Part shown: positions 26,535 through 38,462 of the stretch, piece by piece
Position numbering within the stretch: the first letter of the stretch is position 1
Layout of the letters: each line of letters begins with the position of its first letter
DNA from: the human T2T-CHM13v2.0 reference genome, Homo sapiens
Reading direction: 5' to 3' (one strand)
DNA: 64,000 nt
NCBI RefSeq assembly: GCF_009914755.1
Contig: NC_060931.1
Notes under the pieces: model-generated
What the model was told of the DNA's origin: nothing
The model's database searches: none
The model's input: only the letters and a program-made list of their open reading frames with translations
Translations under genes and position numbers: made by a program

Positions 26535-27122
26535 AAATTGTGATTCTTACAATAGGACCACAGAAAGAGTACTGTTCTGCTTTTTCACATATTCCCCCAA
26601 ATTCTGGAAGAATTCCACAATATTCCATGAAATTTGTTTACTGCAGAAATTTATCACCAAAACGCACTGGCTATCAACAATAAAGCTAATGTTATTATTT
26701 TAATCATGATTACATTTATATGTCCTGTTAAATTTCAGACCTCAAAAGATGCAGGAAACGGACACTGACACATCAGTGTCTACTCACAAATGTAAATTTT
26801 CCCAAAAACCTCATAAAAAATAATCAGACTTGAGATAAAAAAGAAGAGGTATAAGAAGATACAAGTTCAAAAAGTTCAAAGTACAAGCTGCCTCTGACTT
26901 ATCTTTGTCCAATTTATAGACATATACTATAGATAGTGATCTTGTTTCTCTAACCAGGACTCAGAGCAGAGTGAACAGAAGTGGAACAGATATTTCAATC
27001 CTTCCCTTTAAGGCAATCCCCTCCTCTTGTTAAATCCCCTTCCTGTGGGCTGCTGGGGCTTGTCAGCTTTCTTCTCTCTCTCCTCCACTTGTATTGTCTG
27101 AGGTCTGGGAACTGTCTGAGAC

Positions 27123-27844
27123 TGTAACCACCTGGTGGGTTCTTCCTTCCTGCTGTACAAAGAAAATCAATACTATAGCATTGCAGGAAAAAAAGAGTTT
27201 AATTGATATGAGGCCAGCCATGCCACGTGTAAGACGGAGTTATTACTCAAATCAATCTTATCAAAGGCTCATAGGTTAGGGATTTTTCAAAGATAGTTTG
27301 GGGGAAATGATGGGGGAGGCTAAGCAGTGGGTGCTTGCTGCTGATTGGTTGGGGTGCAATCATAAAGGTGTGGGAAATTGTCCTGTGAGCTGAGTCACTT
27401 CTGGATGGGGTTGCAGGAGCACTGGCAGGTCCACGTGGAGCCATTGGTTGTTAGACATGCAAAACACCTGGAAAGATATTGCAGAAGGCCAATCTCAGGT
27501 TCTACAATAGTGATGTTATCGGCGGGCATAATTGGGGAAGTTGCATATCTTGTGGCCTCCAGAATAATGGCTGACGACTATTTATGTCTACATCTTAGCA
27601 GGATTCAGGTTCTTCACCCTTCTAGCCTCGTGGTCTCTCGCTAGCTTTACAAACGCAGTTGAGTTTTGGGGAAGGGATATTATCATTTAAACTGTAAACT
27701 AAATGTCTCCCAAAGTTAGCTTGGCTTAAGCCCAGGAATATATAAGGGCAGCTTGAAAGCTAAAGCAAGAGTGGGGTTGTTAGATCAGATCTCTCCCACT
27801 GCCATAATTTTCTCACTGCTATAATTTTTGCAAAGGCCATTTCA
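27123..27844 (-). mobile_element. LTR8-family (LTR8A/B) ERV1 solo LTR
   Basis: TGTAACCACCTGGTGGGTTCTTCC...CTCACTGCTATAATTTTTGCAAAGGCCATTTCA; degenerate TSD AGAC/GGAC. Confidence 0.85.
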
Positions 27845-28217
27845 GGACACCCCATGGGTCTTCTGCAGCCTACTCCCTTCCTCCTGGTGCCTGCACCTCT
27901 CAGTGGAGGGGAAGCAGCCTGGGTGAGAGCAAGGGGAGGTATCCCTAGCTGAGGGAAGCTACATGGGAAGGGGAAAGGAGAGGACAGGCTCCTCATTCCG
28001 CTGGTCTGGCTGTGCAGAGGAGAGGAGGAGCCAGAAACCCGCATCCCCTGGTCAGACTCCCCTGACCCCTCTCAGCTCTTCACACTCTCCAGGGCCCCTT
28101 TCCCAGTGCACCAAGAATAACAATGAAACCTGCAAGCCTATGAAGATGGGAGACTCTCCATGCGCATTTTGTGGGCTAACAGCTAGCTGAGTCTCTTGCT
28201 ACTGATTGGGTTTTTGA

Positions 28218-28545
28218 TAGTCTCAACACTGGTTGCATATTAGAATCTTCTGAGTTGCTTTAAAAAATATCAATGCATAGGCTAGGTCCAGTCCTGGAAT
28301 TCTGATTTAATTGGTCTTAGGTAGGTTGACATGGTCCCCCACTTTTTAAAAAAACGTGGGCTCACTATGTCACCCAGGCTGAAGTTCAGTGGATAGTCAC
28401 AGGCATGATCATAGCTCACTGCAGCCTTGAATTCTTAGGCTCAAGTGATGCTCCTGCCTCAGCCTCTTGAGTAGCTGGGACTACCATCATTTTTTTTTTT
28501 TTTTTTAACTTCACAGATGATTCCACCATGCGACTGAGCACTATC
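28218..28545. mobile_element. MER5B-like element split by a FAM
   Basis: TCTCAACACTGGTTGCATATTAGAATC..TTCTGATTTAATTGGTCT; resumes TTTAACTTCACAGATGATTCC. Confidence 0.55.
28343..28486 (-). mobile_element. FAM (fossil Alu monomer)
   Basis: Contains CAGTGGATAGTCACAGGCATGATCATAG, the antisense of the FAM-specific GATCGCGCCTGTGAATAGCCACTG segment. Confidence 0.78.
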
Positions 28546-28547
28546 GC

Positions 28548-28728
28548 CAGTTGTTGAAGCGTGGTGCATGGAACGGCAGCATCAGCATTACCTGGGAATT
28601 TAGTAGAAATGCAAATAATGGGGCTTCCCAGAATCAGAAACCCTGGCAGCATGGTCAGTCATCTGCAGCTATTTGCATTTTTTACACACTCTCCAGGTGA
28701 CTCTGGTGTGTGCAGTTGAGAAACACTG
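28548..28728 (+). mobile_element. MER5A
   Basis: GGCAGCATCAGCATTACCTGGGAATTTAGTAGAAATGCAAAT...CTCCAGGTGACTCTG..GTTGAGAAACACTG. Confidence 0.78.
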
Positions 28729-29413
28729 CTGCAGATCAAGGAAAAGGCCTTATAGAGAGAGAACAGCATGCATCCCAGGAGAGAGCAGAACAATAGACAG
28801 GAACTCTTTGAAAGAGGAAAAAAAAGAACAACACTTTTGCCACTAACATTCTCCTCGTTGGCTTCATATAGAATCTCTGTGTGGCACTTTTATTGACCAA
28901 CAGCAACAGCTGTAAAGGAACAAGGTTGCTGGGGTTGGAGCTTAGGCAGGGAGGAGACCAGGCCTGGGGGAAGTGGGAGCTGGGCACTGGAGTCCCCGTG
29001 CCCATCGTAGCCTAGGAGAGAGCACCGTGCAGTGTGGAACTGTCACGTTTTTTACATGAAAGAAGAATAATCTGGGGACCTGGCATGAATGTAGATTGCC
29101 ACTTTTTACTCCTGGGGATTCAGGTCCAGCACCTGGGCTGATACGAATATCTGGAAAAGGATGGGGGATTAGAGGCAAAGTCTCCAGAGGAGTCAGAGAG
29201 GAAAAGAGATAGAAGGGGAAGCCATGGTGAAGAGGATAAAGGCCGCTTCTTAGAACCAGGGGATCCTACCCCTCATGGCTTCATGGATAACTTGGGGTCA
29301 TCAGGAAAGCTGTAGTATCTCTGAGAGCATGCCATAATACCTCCTGCTTTATAGCATCACCATGATAAATGTCCACATCCTTTGCCATTGAAGTATATTG
29401 ACATCTTCTAATG

Positions 29414-29592
29414 CAGCAGGGCTCAAACTTTTGCCTGCATGGGCATCGCCTGGAGGGCTGGTTAAAGCAGCTTGCGGGGCTCCATTCAGGCCTTTGGATT
29501 CTGTTGGTCTTGAGCTGGGGCCTGAGAACGAGCATTCTCCACAAGCTCCCAGGTGACTCTGGAGCTGCTGCTGAGGGAAGTGTAAACCAGTG
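29414..29592 (-). mobile_element. MER5A
   Basis: CTCAAACTTT..CATCGCCTGGAGGGCTGGTTAAA..GGGGCCTGAGAAC..ACAAGCTCCCAGGTGA. Confidence 0.7.
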
Positions 29593-30161
29593 CCCTGGCA
29601 TCCTTCCTTAATCCCACCAGTGCTACTGTGGCATGATGCCAGTGGGTACCATGGATTTTCATTTTATGAAGCCCCCAGTTGATGCTCCTGCAGATTGGCC
29701 ATGGACGTATTTTCAGAAACATCATGAAATGTATGAGTTGTAAAGGGAAGCCAGGTATGAAAAATCATCACAAGAGGGCAAAGTGCCTGCAGAGTTGGCA
29801 TGGCATGGGGCTGGAGGAGCAGACGGGGCAGGAGGAGAAGGTGGAAGGAGGAGGTGAGAGACCAGAAACTCTAGAGGTCCTGTCCACTCATTTCCTTCCA
29901 GCCAGTGCCAGGTCCTCACCTACCTGTCCTCTCCTTACCCTGGCAGTTCCAGCTGCCCCATCCTCAGCAGGCCCCAACCCTTCTCCTCAACCCAGATGCC
30001 CTGGAGCTTCTCTCCTCCTCTGATTTCTCCCTCCCCTGGAGGAGGAGCTGTGTGACAGCAGCCTGTTCCGCGTTGGTGCGGCCAGGCACGGGAAAGGGGG
30101 TTCCCAGAGCAGAGTCTGCACAGCATGGCTGGTTTCTAGTTAGCTCAATTCCGAAGAATCA

Positions 30162-30335
30162 GAGCCAGGAGAAGAGACATTTAAAAATAGTAAGACTTAA
30201 TATTTACCCTTAAGAAGTCCATGGGGAAATCTTCACGTAACTATCCAGGAGCCAGGAGAAGAGGCATTTAAAAATAATAAGACTTAATATTTTCGCTTAA
30301 GAAGTCCATGGGGAAACCTTCATGTAACTATCCAG
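30162..30335. repeat. 87-bp x2 tandem duplication
   Basis: Copies 30162-30248 and 30249-30335; 6 mismatches by manual alignment. Confidence 0.92.
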
Positions 30336-30639
30336 GTACAGAACAATATTATAAATATGCTCATAGAAATGAGCATTTCTAGGAACTGGGGGAAAGTAGA
30401 GGTGAGGACTGCCCATGTCCTCTGAGGGTCTCCATGAGGCTTGGTGCCGCTTCCTGTTCAATATTTTCCCACTATTAGGAGCTAGGGCCAGCTCTCCTCT
30501 CCAGGACATACCCAAGTCTCTTAGAAAGACAAGGAAAGGAAGGTAGGATCCTCAGATGCCAGAGATTGGTGCAGAAGTGAAGACAACTTCCAATTTAAGA
30601 ATAGGTACCCCCGGAAGGCTGAGCACATGAAAGTGTCAA

Positions 30640-30801
30640 CTTATTCAATCCTTAAACAATTTCAAGAGAAGATACTATTACTGATCTTCTTCAATGTGTG
30701 TGATCACATGAGGCTTAGTGATGTTAAACAACTGGTACAAGGTTGCGTAGCTAATCTATCAAATCCAGGTTTTTCTGATGCAGAAGCTGCTGTTCTTAAC
30801 C
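30640..30801 (-). mobile_element. MIR
   Basis: ATGAGGCTTAGTGATGTTAAACAACTGGTACAAGGTTGCGTAGCTAAT..AAATCCAGG..TGTTCTTAACC. Confidence 0.6.
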
Positions 30802-30927
30802 GTTCTGCTGTGTTCTTGCTACATCTTGCTACCCAACAAGGGTGCAGCTCTTGGGGAGTGGGATCCTCGTCGTGCTCACCCTTACCCGTGGTGGCTCCTT
30901 CCCACCCCTGGCAACTGTGTCTCCTAG

Positions 30928-31225
30928 GACTGCCTGCCCAATATGGTAGCCACCAGCCGCAGATGGGTCCTGAGCACTTGAAATGTGGCCAGTCTGAATT
31001 GAGATTTGCTGTAAGCATAAAGTACACACTGGATTTAGATTTAGTTGAAAAAAGATCACTACTCTTTTTCATCTTTATCATAGGTTGAAATAATAACATT
31101 TTGGACAAACTTGCCTAAAAATTTACGATGAAAATTAATTTGACCAGTTCCTTTTAAATTTTTAGAATGTGGCTCCTGGAATGTTACGTGTGACTCACAC
31201 CGTGTCTCCACTGAATGGCGCTATT
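30928..31225. mobile_element. MER33 hAT-Charlie fossil
   Basis: CCAATATGGTAGCCACCAGCC..TGAGCACTTGAAATGTGGCCAGTCTGAATTGAGAT..TAAAGTACACACTGGATTT. Confidence 0.8.
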
Positions 31226-34200
31226 CTAAGAGAAGCTGCTCAAAATAGGATTATTAGAGAATTACTCATACAGAAGAGCCGTGCATTTACATGAGGTGCC
31301 TCCTTGGGAATTTGAGTTACAAGCTGCAAATCGTTGCTGCTGAGGAAAATATAATTTAAGTGAGAAAAGGAAAGGGCAGAAGTGGAGAAAACGTGTGATA
31401 TGGACTTTGGAAGAAGGGGCGGCAGCTAGGAGTTGGTCCTCCTTTCTCCCTCTCTCATAATGCTCTGTGACCCCCTGAAGCACAGGGAACCAGGCAGTGA
31501 GTCATGAAGCCATGGAGACACTGTTCGCACACCACCTCTCAGTATGACAGATGCCCGTCCCTGCAAGGTGACAGGTGCCAGTGTCCCATTTCTAACAACC
31601 CCTTTCCCAGCTTTAGGGACGATGCAGTCTCTGAAGCTCTAATTCTGCATCACAATGATTCTGCGTATCCTCCTAAAAATAGGTAAAACCTAACTTAGAA
31701 AGGAAGCTCCCTGGCAGGAATAGGAAATCAAATACAACCCATAAATCCAAACTTAATGAATCTGCCTATCGGGGTCCTCCAATAAGAATCTCAAAATCCC
31801 CGTATCTAGCTGGGTTTCTGGGAAATTGGCATTCGCTCATTTTTAGTATAAGCAGCCTTTCGATGGGAGCTCATGGAACCTATACAGGCAACACTGAGTT
31901 CTCCATAAAACCCAGAGGAACTTCAGTGCTTTCTATCAAACAAACAAAAAAAAATGTTTCCGCATGGCCAGGCACCTTAGAAAAATGTTTACCGGCCCTT
32001 GGAAATGTCAGCAGCCACTCACTGCTTCCTGCAGTCTAAGCAATAATATGTCAGAAGGTGTTTTGTCTCTGAGTTGGAAGCAAGAAGCACTCAGGGCTGA
32101 ATTTTTGGCTTTTGTGTCTTTCTTGACTTCAATCACACTTCTTTATGCTGAGAACATAGGCTTGTATCAAGTTGCCTGACTAATAGTTTTACTTGGAGGG
32201 AGCGAGGCTTTTATGCTATCTGAGGAGAGAGTAGAACACAAAATGTTCAATTTGAAGCATTTTGACAGTTGCTCAGGGTGAAGATGCAGGAAGAGCACTA
32301 AGGTATTTATTGACCGTTTCCCGTCGCACCAGCCTTGGAACCAGGCCCTTTACCCCGAACATTCTGAATCTCATGATAGCCTTGGGAGATAAGAGCTATT
32401 ATCTCTACTTGATAATGCAGGATATCAGCATTTCCTTTTCTTACATAACTTACCAAGGCCACCGCGTGCATGGAGGTCTGCTTGAGCTCCCAGCTCAGTT
32501 CATTCCAGGATGCAGGCTGAAGCTTCCACCTTCCCGATGAGCCCTGAGAAACAGAGAGGAGGAGGAGACAATCCCATCCTAACTGCAGACATAGGGGCCA
32601 GGCCGGCGGCACATTTATAGGAAGCACCTGTTGTAGATTCACTGGGACTGTGGGACTCATGTGAATTGAGAGGGCATGACAGGCTACAGATGCAAATGTA
32701 TACTTTTAAATTCTATGTTCCAACAAACCAAAGGCTTGTGTGAGCTCAATATGGCTTGCAGAGCTCCGGTTTGCAAAACAGTTTAGAGTTTGGTGACCAC
32801 AAATGTGATCTTGACGTCTGAATCCATGATCTGCTCCATGGAACCAGGGAGGAAGTGGAGAAATCTCCAGACACTTCATGTTGCTCTGAGCCATCTGCCA
32901 AGGAATATGGCCAGGTGGGGACAAGTTTGGCAAGGCCCACTTCAGAATGATGCAAAAGAGGGCTATGTCAGGTGGGCTCCCCTGTCTCTTTTCTCCCCTT
33001 TTATCATTATAGGCTTGAGCAGGTAGGGCAGGTTCCTGGCGTCACAGAACACTTACTGACCAGTCATTACACTCCTTGCGGTAAGCCTGACCCTTCCCCA
33101 TAGACACTGCAGGCTTCAGGACTGTAGTCCAGCCTCACACCAAGAGCTATATCAGGAAGGTGAAGTTGACCTTCCCTCACCCCATCCTTTCTAGCAGAGG
33201 AACCTGAGGCACACTCTCATGGAGCCTGTAATTCTGTGTGAGTCTAGACCCTTTCTCTATAGAGGCAAAGGGAAGAGATGGGAAAAAAGGCCCTGGCCGC
33301 AGCACTCGTGGCAAGCATCTGTGGAGACTGAATCAGCTCAGATGACAAGACCCTAATGGCCTGAGCAATGGTGTGCCACACCGCCAATGTAGGGTAACAC
33401 AGAGGTGGACAATGCCTCCTCCACTAAGATGTGTTTGAAAGTCAGTGTCGCTCATGCTGAACAGTGTGAAATCTCTGCTGGGCTGTTAGAATCCTAAGAG
33501 TCCAGTGGACCCTGTAAAGTGGTGGCCGTGGTGATTTTCTCCAGCATTTCCTCCTGCCCCTGCACAGTTCAATTGCAAGAACATGCATACATCCTACGAC
33601 CTGGATGAGGTGGTGAAGCCACCCCAAGGACAACCCTTTCAGGGGGAGCAGAAGTGCTTTCCAGATTCTGCCTCTTGCCCCTTTGTTCAACAAGGTCCAC
33701 TGATAAATCGGGAGAACACCACCACTCAGACTGATGGCTCCCAGACAAGGAAGAGCTGTCCTGTGTGACTGACAAAAACCCAAGGAATGGGAACTGCCCA
33801 AACGCCCACCATAGGGCACTGGCTGTGTCATGGAGGGTTGTCATCCAGTGTAACGCCAGACAGCCATCACAATCAATATCGCAGCCTTCTAGGAGCTGAT
33901 GGGAAAGAGTCTCTGAGATTTATTGTCAAAATAATGAACATGGAGCAGCAGCTCAGTGGGTAAAACGTGTTCGCATTTATGTCAATAAGATTATATATGT
34001 ACATATTATTATTAACATTATTTGCCTCTGGGAGGAGGATGTGCTGGGGCTCAAAAAAAAAGCAAGATTTACTTTCTACTATATAGGCTTACATATAATT
34101 TTTATTCTGTACCATGAAGCACCTATGGAAAATAAAATAAAAACATTCTGTCCTTGCTGCCCTTAAACTTTTTGCTCACTGGCTGATTTGTCCCTGGAAA

Positions 34201-34837
34201 GCCAGGGGTGGAGAAAGCAGGTGAAGGAGTGGAATTGATGTGAGCTCATTACTATATGTCTTGGACTACAAGAAGAGAAACTAAAATCTTCTTTAATCTC
34301 TTGCTGAACCAGAGGATATAATTTAGGGTAATAATAAGCAGAATCAGTTCACTGAATTTGAATACTTTTAATATGCCGCCATTATAAAATTAAATGTTGT
34401 ATACCCACGACTTTATAGGAGCCTCCATTCTTAATATAATTTAGAAGGAAATTTATCCAGATTGACCAAATCATCTTGACAGCCAATTGCATTTATTCTA
34501 TTGAGTATTTGACCGAGGAAGGACTTTTTTAAATATGAGATAATATAGAAAAGGGAGTTGGAAGTAAGATTTAGCATGAATAAAGTACAATGCTGAATAC
34601 ACTTATAGACGATGAGAACTGATTGTTCATGGAAAAAGTGCCCGAAAGAGAACTGTGGCAGTGTCTTTTTGTCTTTGCTAAATAAAGTTAATTTTTTCAT
34701 TTATCCTGTTATTAAGAGAGCAAATTACTTTTTCTGTAACCTTTGCACTGAATACTTCCAGTATCAATTCACCACTTAAAAATTTCTTTACGTATTAATG
34801 CATTAATGTGACTCTCTATAGAAGCCAGAGGGCAGGC

Positions 34838-35390
34838 TGTGGCAAATGGTGTTTTAAAAAAATAGCCATGGCAGTAGTTCTGGTTCCACATGCTCCTCCA
34901 GAAGCTTGCCCCTCCCCATCAGTAAATTGAGTCTATTTTTTCTCGAACCTGGGTGGGCTAGTGACACTTTAACCAATGAGTGTGATGGAGGGATGCTGAG
35001 TGACCACTGAGGCCAGGTCATAATAGGGTACAGTTTCTCCTGGCTCGCTCTGTCTCAGTCTCTGCCTCTCTCTTTTTCTCTGTTCTGTCTCTCTCTTTGC
35101 CTGTCTTTCTCTTTCTCTTGTTTCTCTCTGTCCTACTCTCTCTCTGTCTCTCTTTATCTTTCTCTCTGTTTCCCTCTGTCTCTCTGTCTCCCTCTGTTTC
35201 TCTCTGTCTCTGTCTCCCTCCATTTCTGTCCCTCTGTTTCTGTCCTGTCTCTCTCTCTCTCTGTCCTATTCTCTCTGTCTCTCACTCTCTTCTGGTTTCC
35301 TCACCCTGGAATCTGGCTGCCATGTTGTGATTAAGCAGAGGCCACATGAACAGCCCCAGTGGACATTCCCACTGCCAGCCCCGCTGAGTT
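34838..35390 (+). mobile_element. MLT1G/H-like MaLR LTR fragment containing a CT-rich expansion
   Basis: TGTGGCAAATGG..AAAAATAGCCA..CTTTAACCAATGAG..GAGGCCAGGTCATAA..GCTGCCATGTTGTGA..GGCCACATG. Confidence 0.65.
35044..35292. repeat. (CT)/(CTGT) pyrimidine-rich low-complexity tract
   Basis: About 250 nt of near-continuous TC-rich sequence. Confidence 0.9.
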
Positions 35391-35708
35391 GGCCATGGCT
35401 GTGGCCTGCAGGAGCCTCGTGGGCAAGCGGGGCATCTTCAGGCACTTCCACCTCAGCCCTCCGCCACACCAGTGACAATGAGCGGAGCAGGGATGCCCTG
35501 CCTGTGCCTGGCTCAGGGGCTCCAGGATCAAAGTCCTGCCCAAAATGCAGATTCATGAACAAGACCGGTGTTGCTGTTTCATGACTCTGGATTTTAGGTG
35601 TTGTGTTCCACAGTGGGGTAACCTTCTCCCAGCCCTCCCACTGCGTCCACACCGGCCTCACCCACCCTCCTCTCATCTGGCTCCTGTCCCTAAGCCCATC
35701 TGGGAAGT

Positions 35709-36137
35709 TGTGTTAGTCTTCTTAGGCTGCCATAACAAAGTGTCACAGATTGAGTGGCCTGAACAACAGGAACATATTGTTGAGCAGTTCTGGGAGCTGG
35801 AGGCCTGCCATCAAGGTGTGCCCAGGGCCATGTGCTCTGAAGGTGCCAGGAAGGAGCTGCTTCAGGCCTCTTTCCTGGCTCCTGGTTATTCCTTGGCTTG
35901 TGATAGCATCACTACAATCTACACATGCCCTTCTCCCTGAGTATGTGTCTGTCTCTGAGCTTGCTCTCTTTATAGGGACATCAGTCATATCAGAATGCGG
36001 CCACCCTAGTTCAGTAAGACCTCATCTCAACTAATTATATTTTCAGTCACCTTATTTCCAAATACGGTCATATTCTGATACAGGGGCTTAGGACTTTAAC
36101 ATATGAGTTTTTAGGGCCCACAGTTCAATCCCTAATG
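35709..36137 (-). mobile_element. MLT1B/C MaLR LTR
   Basis: TGTGTTAGTCTTCTTAGGCTGCCATAACAAAG...GACCTCATCTCAACTAATTA..TTATTTCCAAATACGGTCA..CAGTTCAATCCC. Confidence 0.85.
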
Positions 36138-38157
36138 GCAGTGCTACCCCACTTTCTGTTAGAAGCCACAGTCCCCCAATGGTGCAGAGCCCAGCTCCTA
36201 CACGGCCTCCACTGCACCCATTTCCCCTGCACAGATTGAGAGGTTCCTGGTCATCTTCGCTGCAGGGTGTTAGTTCCTGACCTGGGCTTTGATCTCCCCA
36301 TTTCATTTTCCAGTAATCTTTCCATTTTCTTTGCAAGGTGAGCGCACCTGCCTGGGACTGCAGCCTGCTCAAGGTTTCTGAATAGCTCTGCTCTGCTGTA
36401 GACATTTGCATGCAATGACTGCCTGCTTACTGTACCTTGGTGTATTGAATCTTGCTGGGCCAGATTCACCAGGGAACACATTGCTCCCTATTCTGGGACC
36501 CTGCTTTGAAGGTGGATCGCCGCTCTCAGGTTTCTGCATGAGGATTTTTGCTATGGAGCTTGTGCCCTCTAAGTGGGCAAAGCAGGTGCCAGCCCCACCC
36601 TGCTCAGGCTCTCTCAGGCTGGGACAAATGCAGTTGCATCTCCTGATGTGCACGCAGCGTTGGGGGGTGTCCAGATGATCTCTGCTGATGTATGTCTGGT
36701 GTCTCAAGGTTTAAAGCAGCTAAGTGGCTTCATTTATCACTCTGCAGCCTTGTGCATTTATCCCTTATATAAGGCCCCCTTCTAAGACTTCCAGACACTT
36801 CAGATGAACATCAAGCCGTAGATAATTTTAATTGCCTTTGTTTACTGAGTGCTTGCTGTGAGTCAGACTCCGGGCCGAGTGCTATTCATGCATTAACCCA
36901 AGGAATGCTTTGTGCGATGGTGCTCTCCACATTCCCACATGAGGAAACTCGGGAATGCAGCAGCCCCTTCTCCCCGGGTCAGCCAGAAGTAGCCAGGAAG
37001 CCTGCGCCCCGCTCTCTCTTGTGCACGTTGATTTATGTTGGTACAAAAATCTGCCTAGCCCCTCTTCTCCTATTGAAGCCTGGATAAGAACCTGAATCCT
37101 AAATGTCTGGGGGCTTTGCCCTGTGCTCCTCAATCTCCAGGGGTGGCGTTTCTCCCCAGGTGATTCTGTCACACAGGAGGAGGCAGGTGAGAAGCAGCAG
37201 GAGTTGACTTGTCCCGCAGGATCCTGTTCCTTGGGTGTCCCTCCCTTAGGTGGCAGTGTGCCACCGTCCTGGCCCCGCGGGCCCCACCAGCCTGCAGTCA
37301 AGCGCTGGATCAAATTCTCTTCCCCCATGTCTCCAAGGGGTTTTCCACCTTCATAGTGACAGGGCTAAATCTGGCCACTCAGGATTAGATTTCTGTGAGA
37401 CTGTAACAGAAACTCCTCTGAAGATGGGCTGGCGGTGGGCGTAGGGGCCCAGGGAGCCTGGAAACCTGGAGCAGGAGGAAGAACGGCGGATCAGTAAGAT
37501 CAGCAATGGGAAATGAGAGACAGAGGATGGGAGGGGAGACAGGCAGGTGCAGGTGAATGTGTTCTCACTCATCGCCCTGTGGACATGCTGCAGCTGTAAT
37601 GGGAGCCCAGGGCGGGAACACACGTGTGCGAGTTCACTCCTAACAGCTCTATGTCTGGCCATGGTCTCTCGGGGCGGTGGGCAAATTGAGAGAGGTCAAT
37701 CAGCAATGCGAGCTCTAGTTTCTATTACTATTTCAATTTTCATGATGAGAAAAGAAAAACATAAATTGTATTAAGGAAACAGGTGGAGAGATCATAAGGC
37801 GTCTCCAAGGAATGAAAAACGTCTGTAACATGGTGACGACCCCGTTCCTGCGAAGCTTCCTGCGAAGCTTAACCTGGCCCAATATGCAAGAGACCTGAGA
37901 GCTTAGGGACCATCTACGAGCCTCCCCGCAGAACTTTCTCTCTTTCCTGGGATGCATCAGTAGAGAGCCCTCAAGGGATTTGAGTGAAACGTAGAAAGCC
38001 ACGTCTAAACTGTCTTTGCACGGCCCTTGACTCCTATCAGCCACCTTTAACAGAAAATCATCTTCCCGGGAGGATTTTGAGAACCAAACATAATCAGGAT
38101 ACGAGGCACAAAGTGGAAACTGGACTTTCCTTGACTCCTAAGATGTAGTTGTTCTCT

Positions 38158-38462
<305 letters not shown>

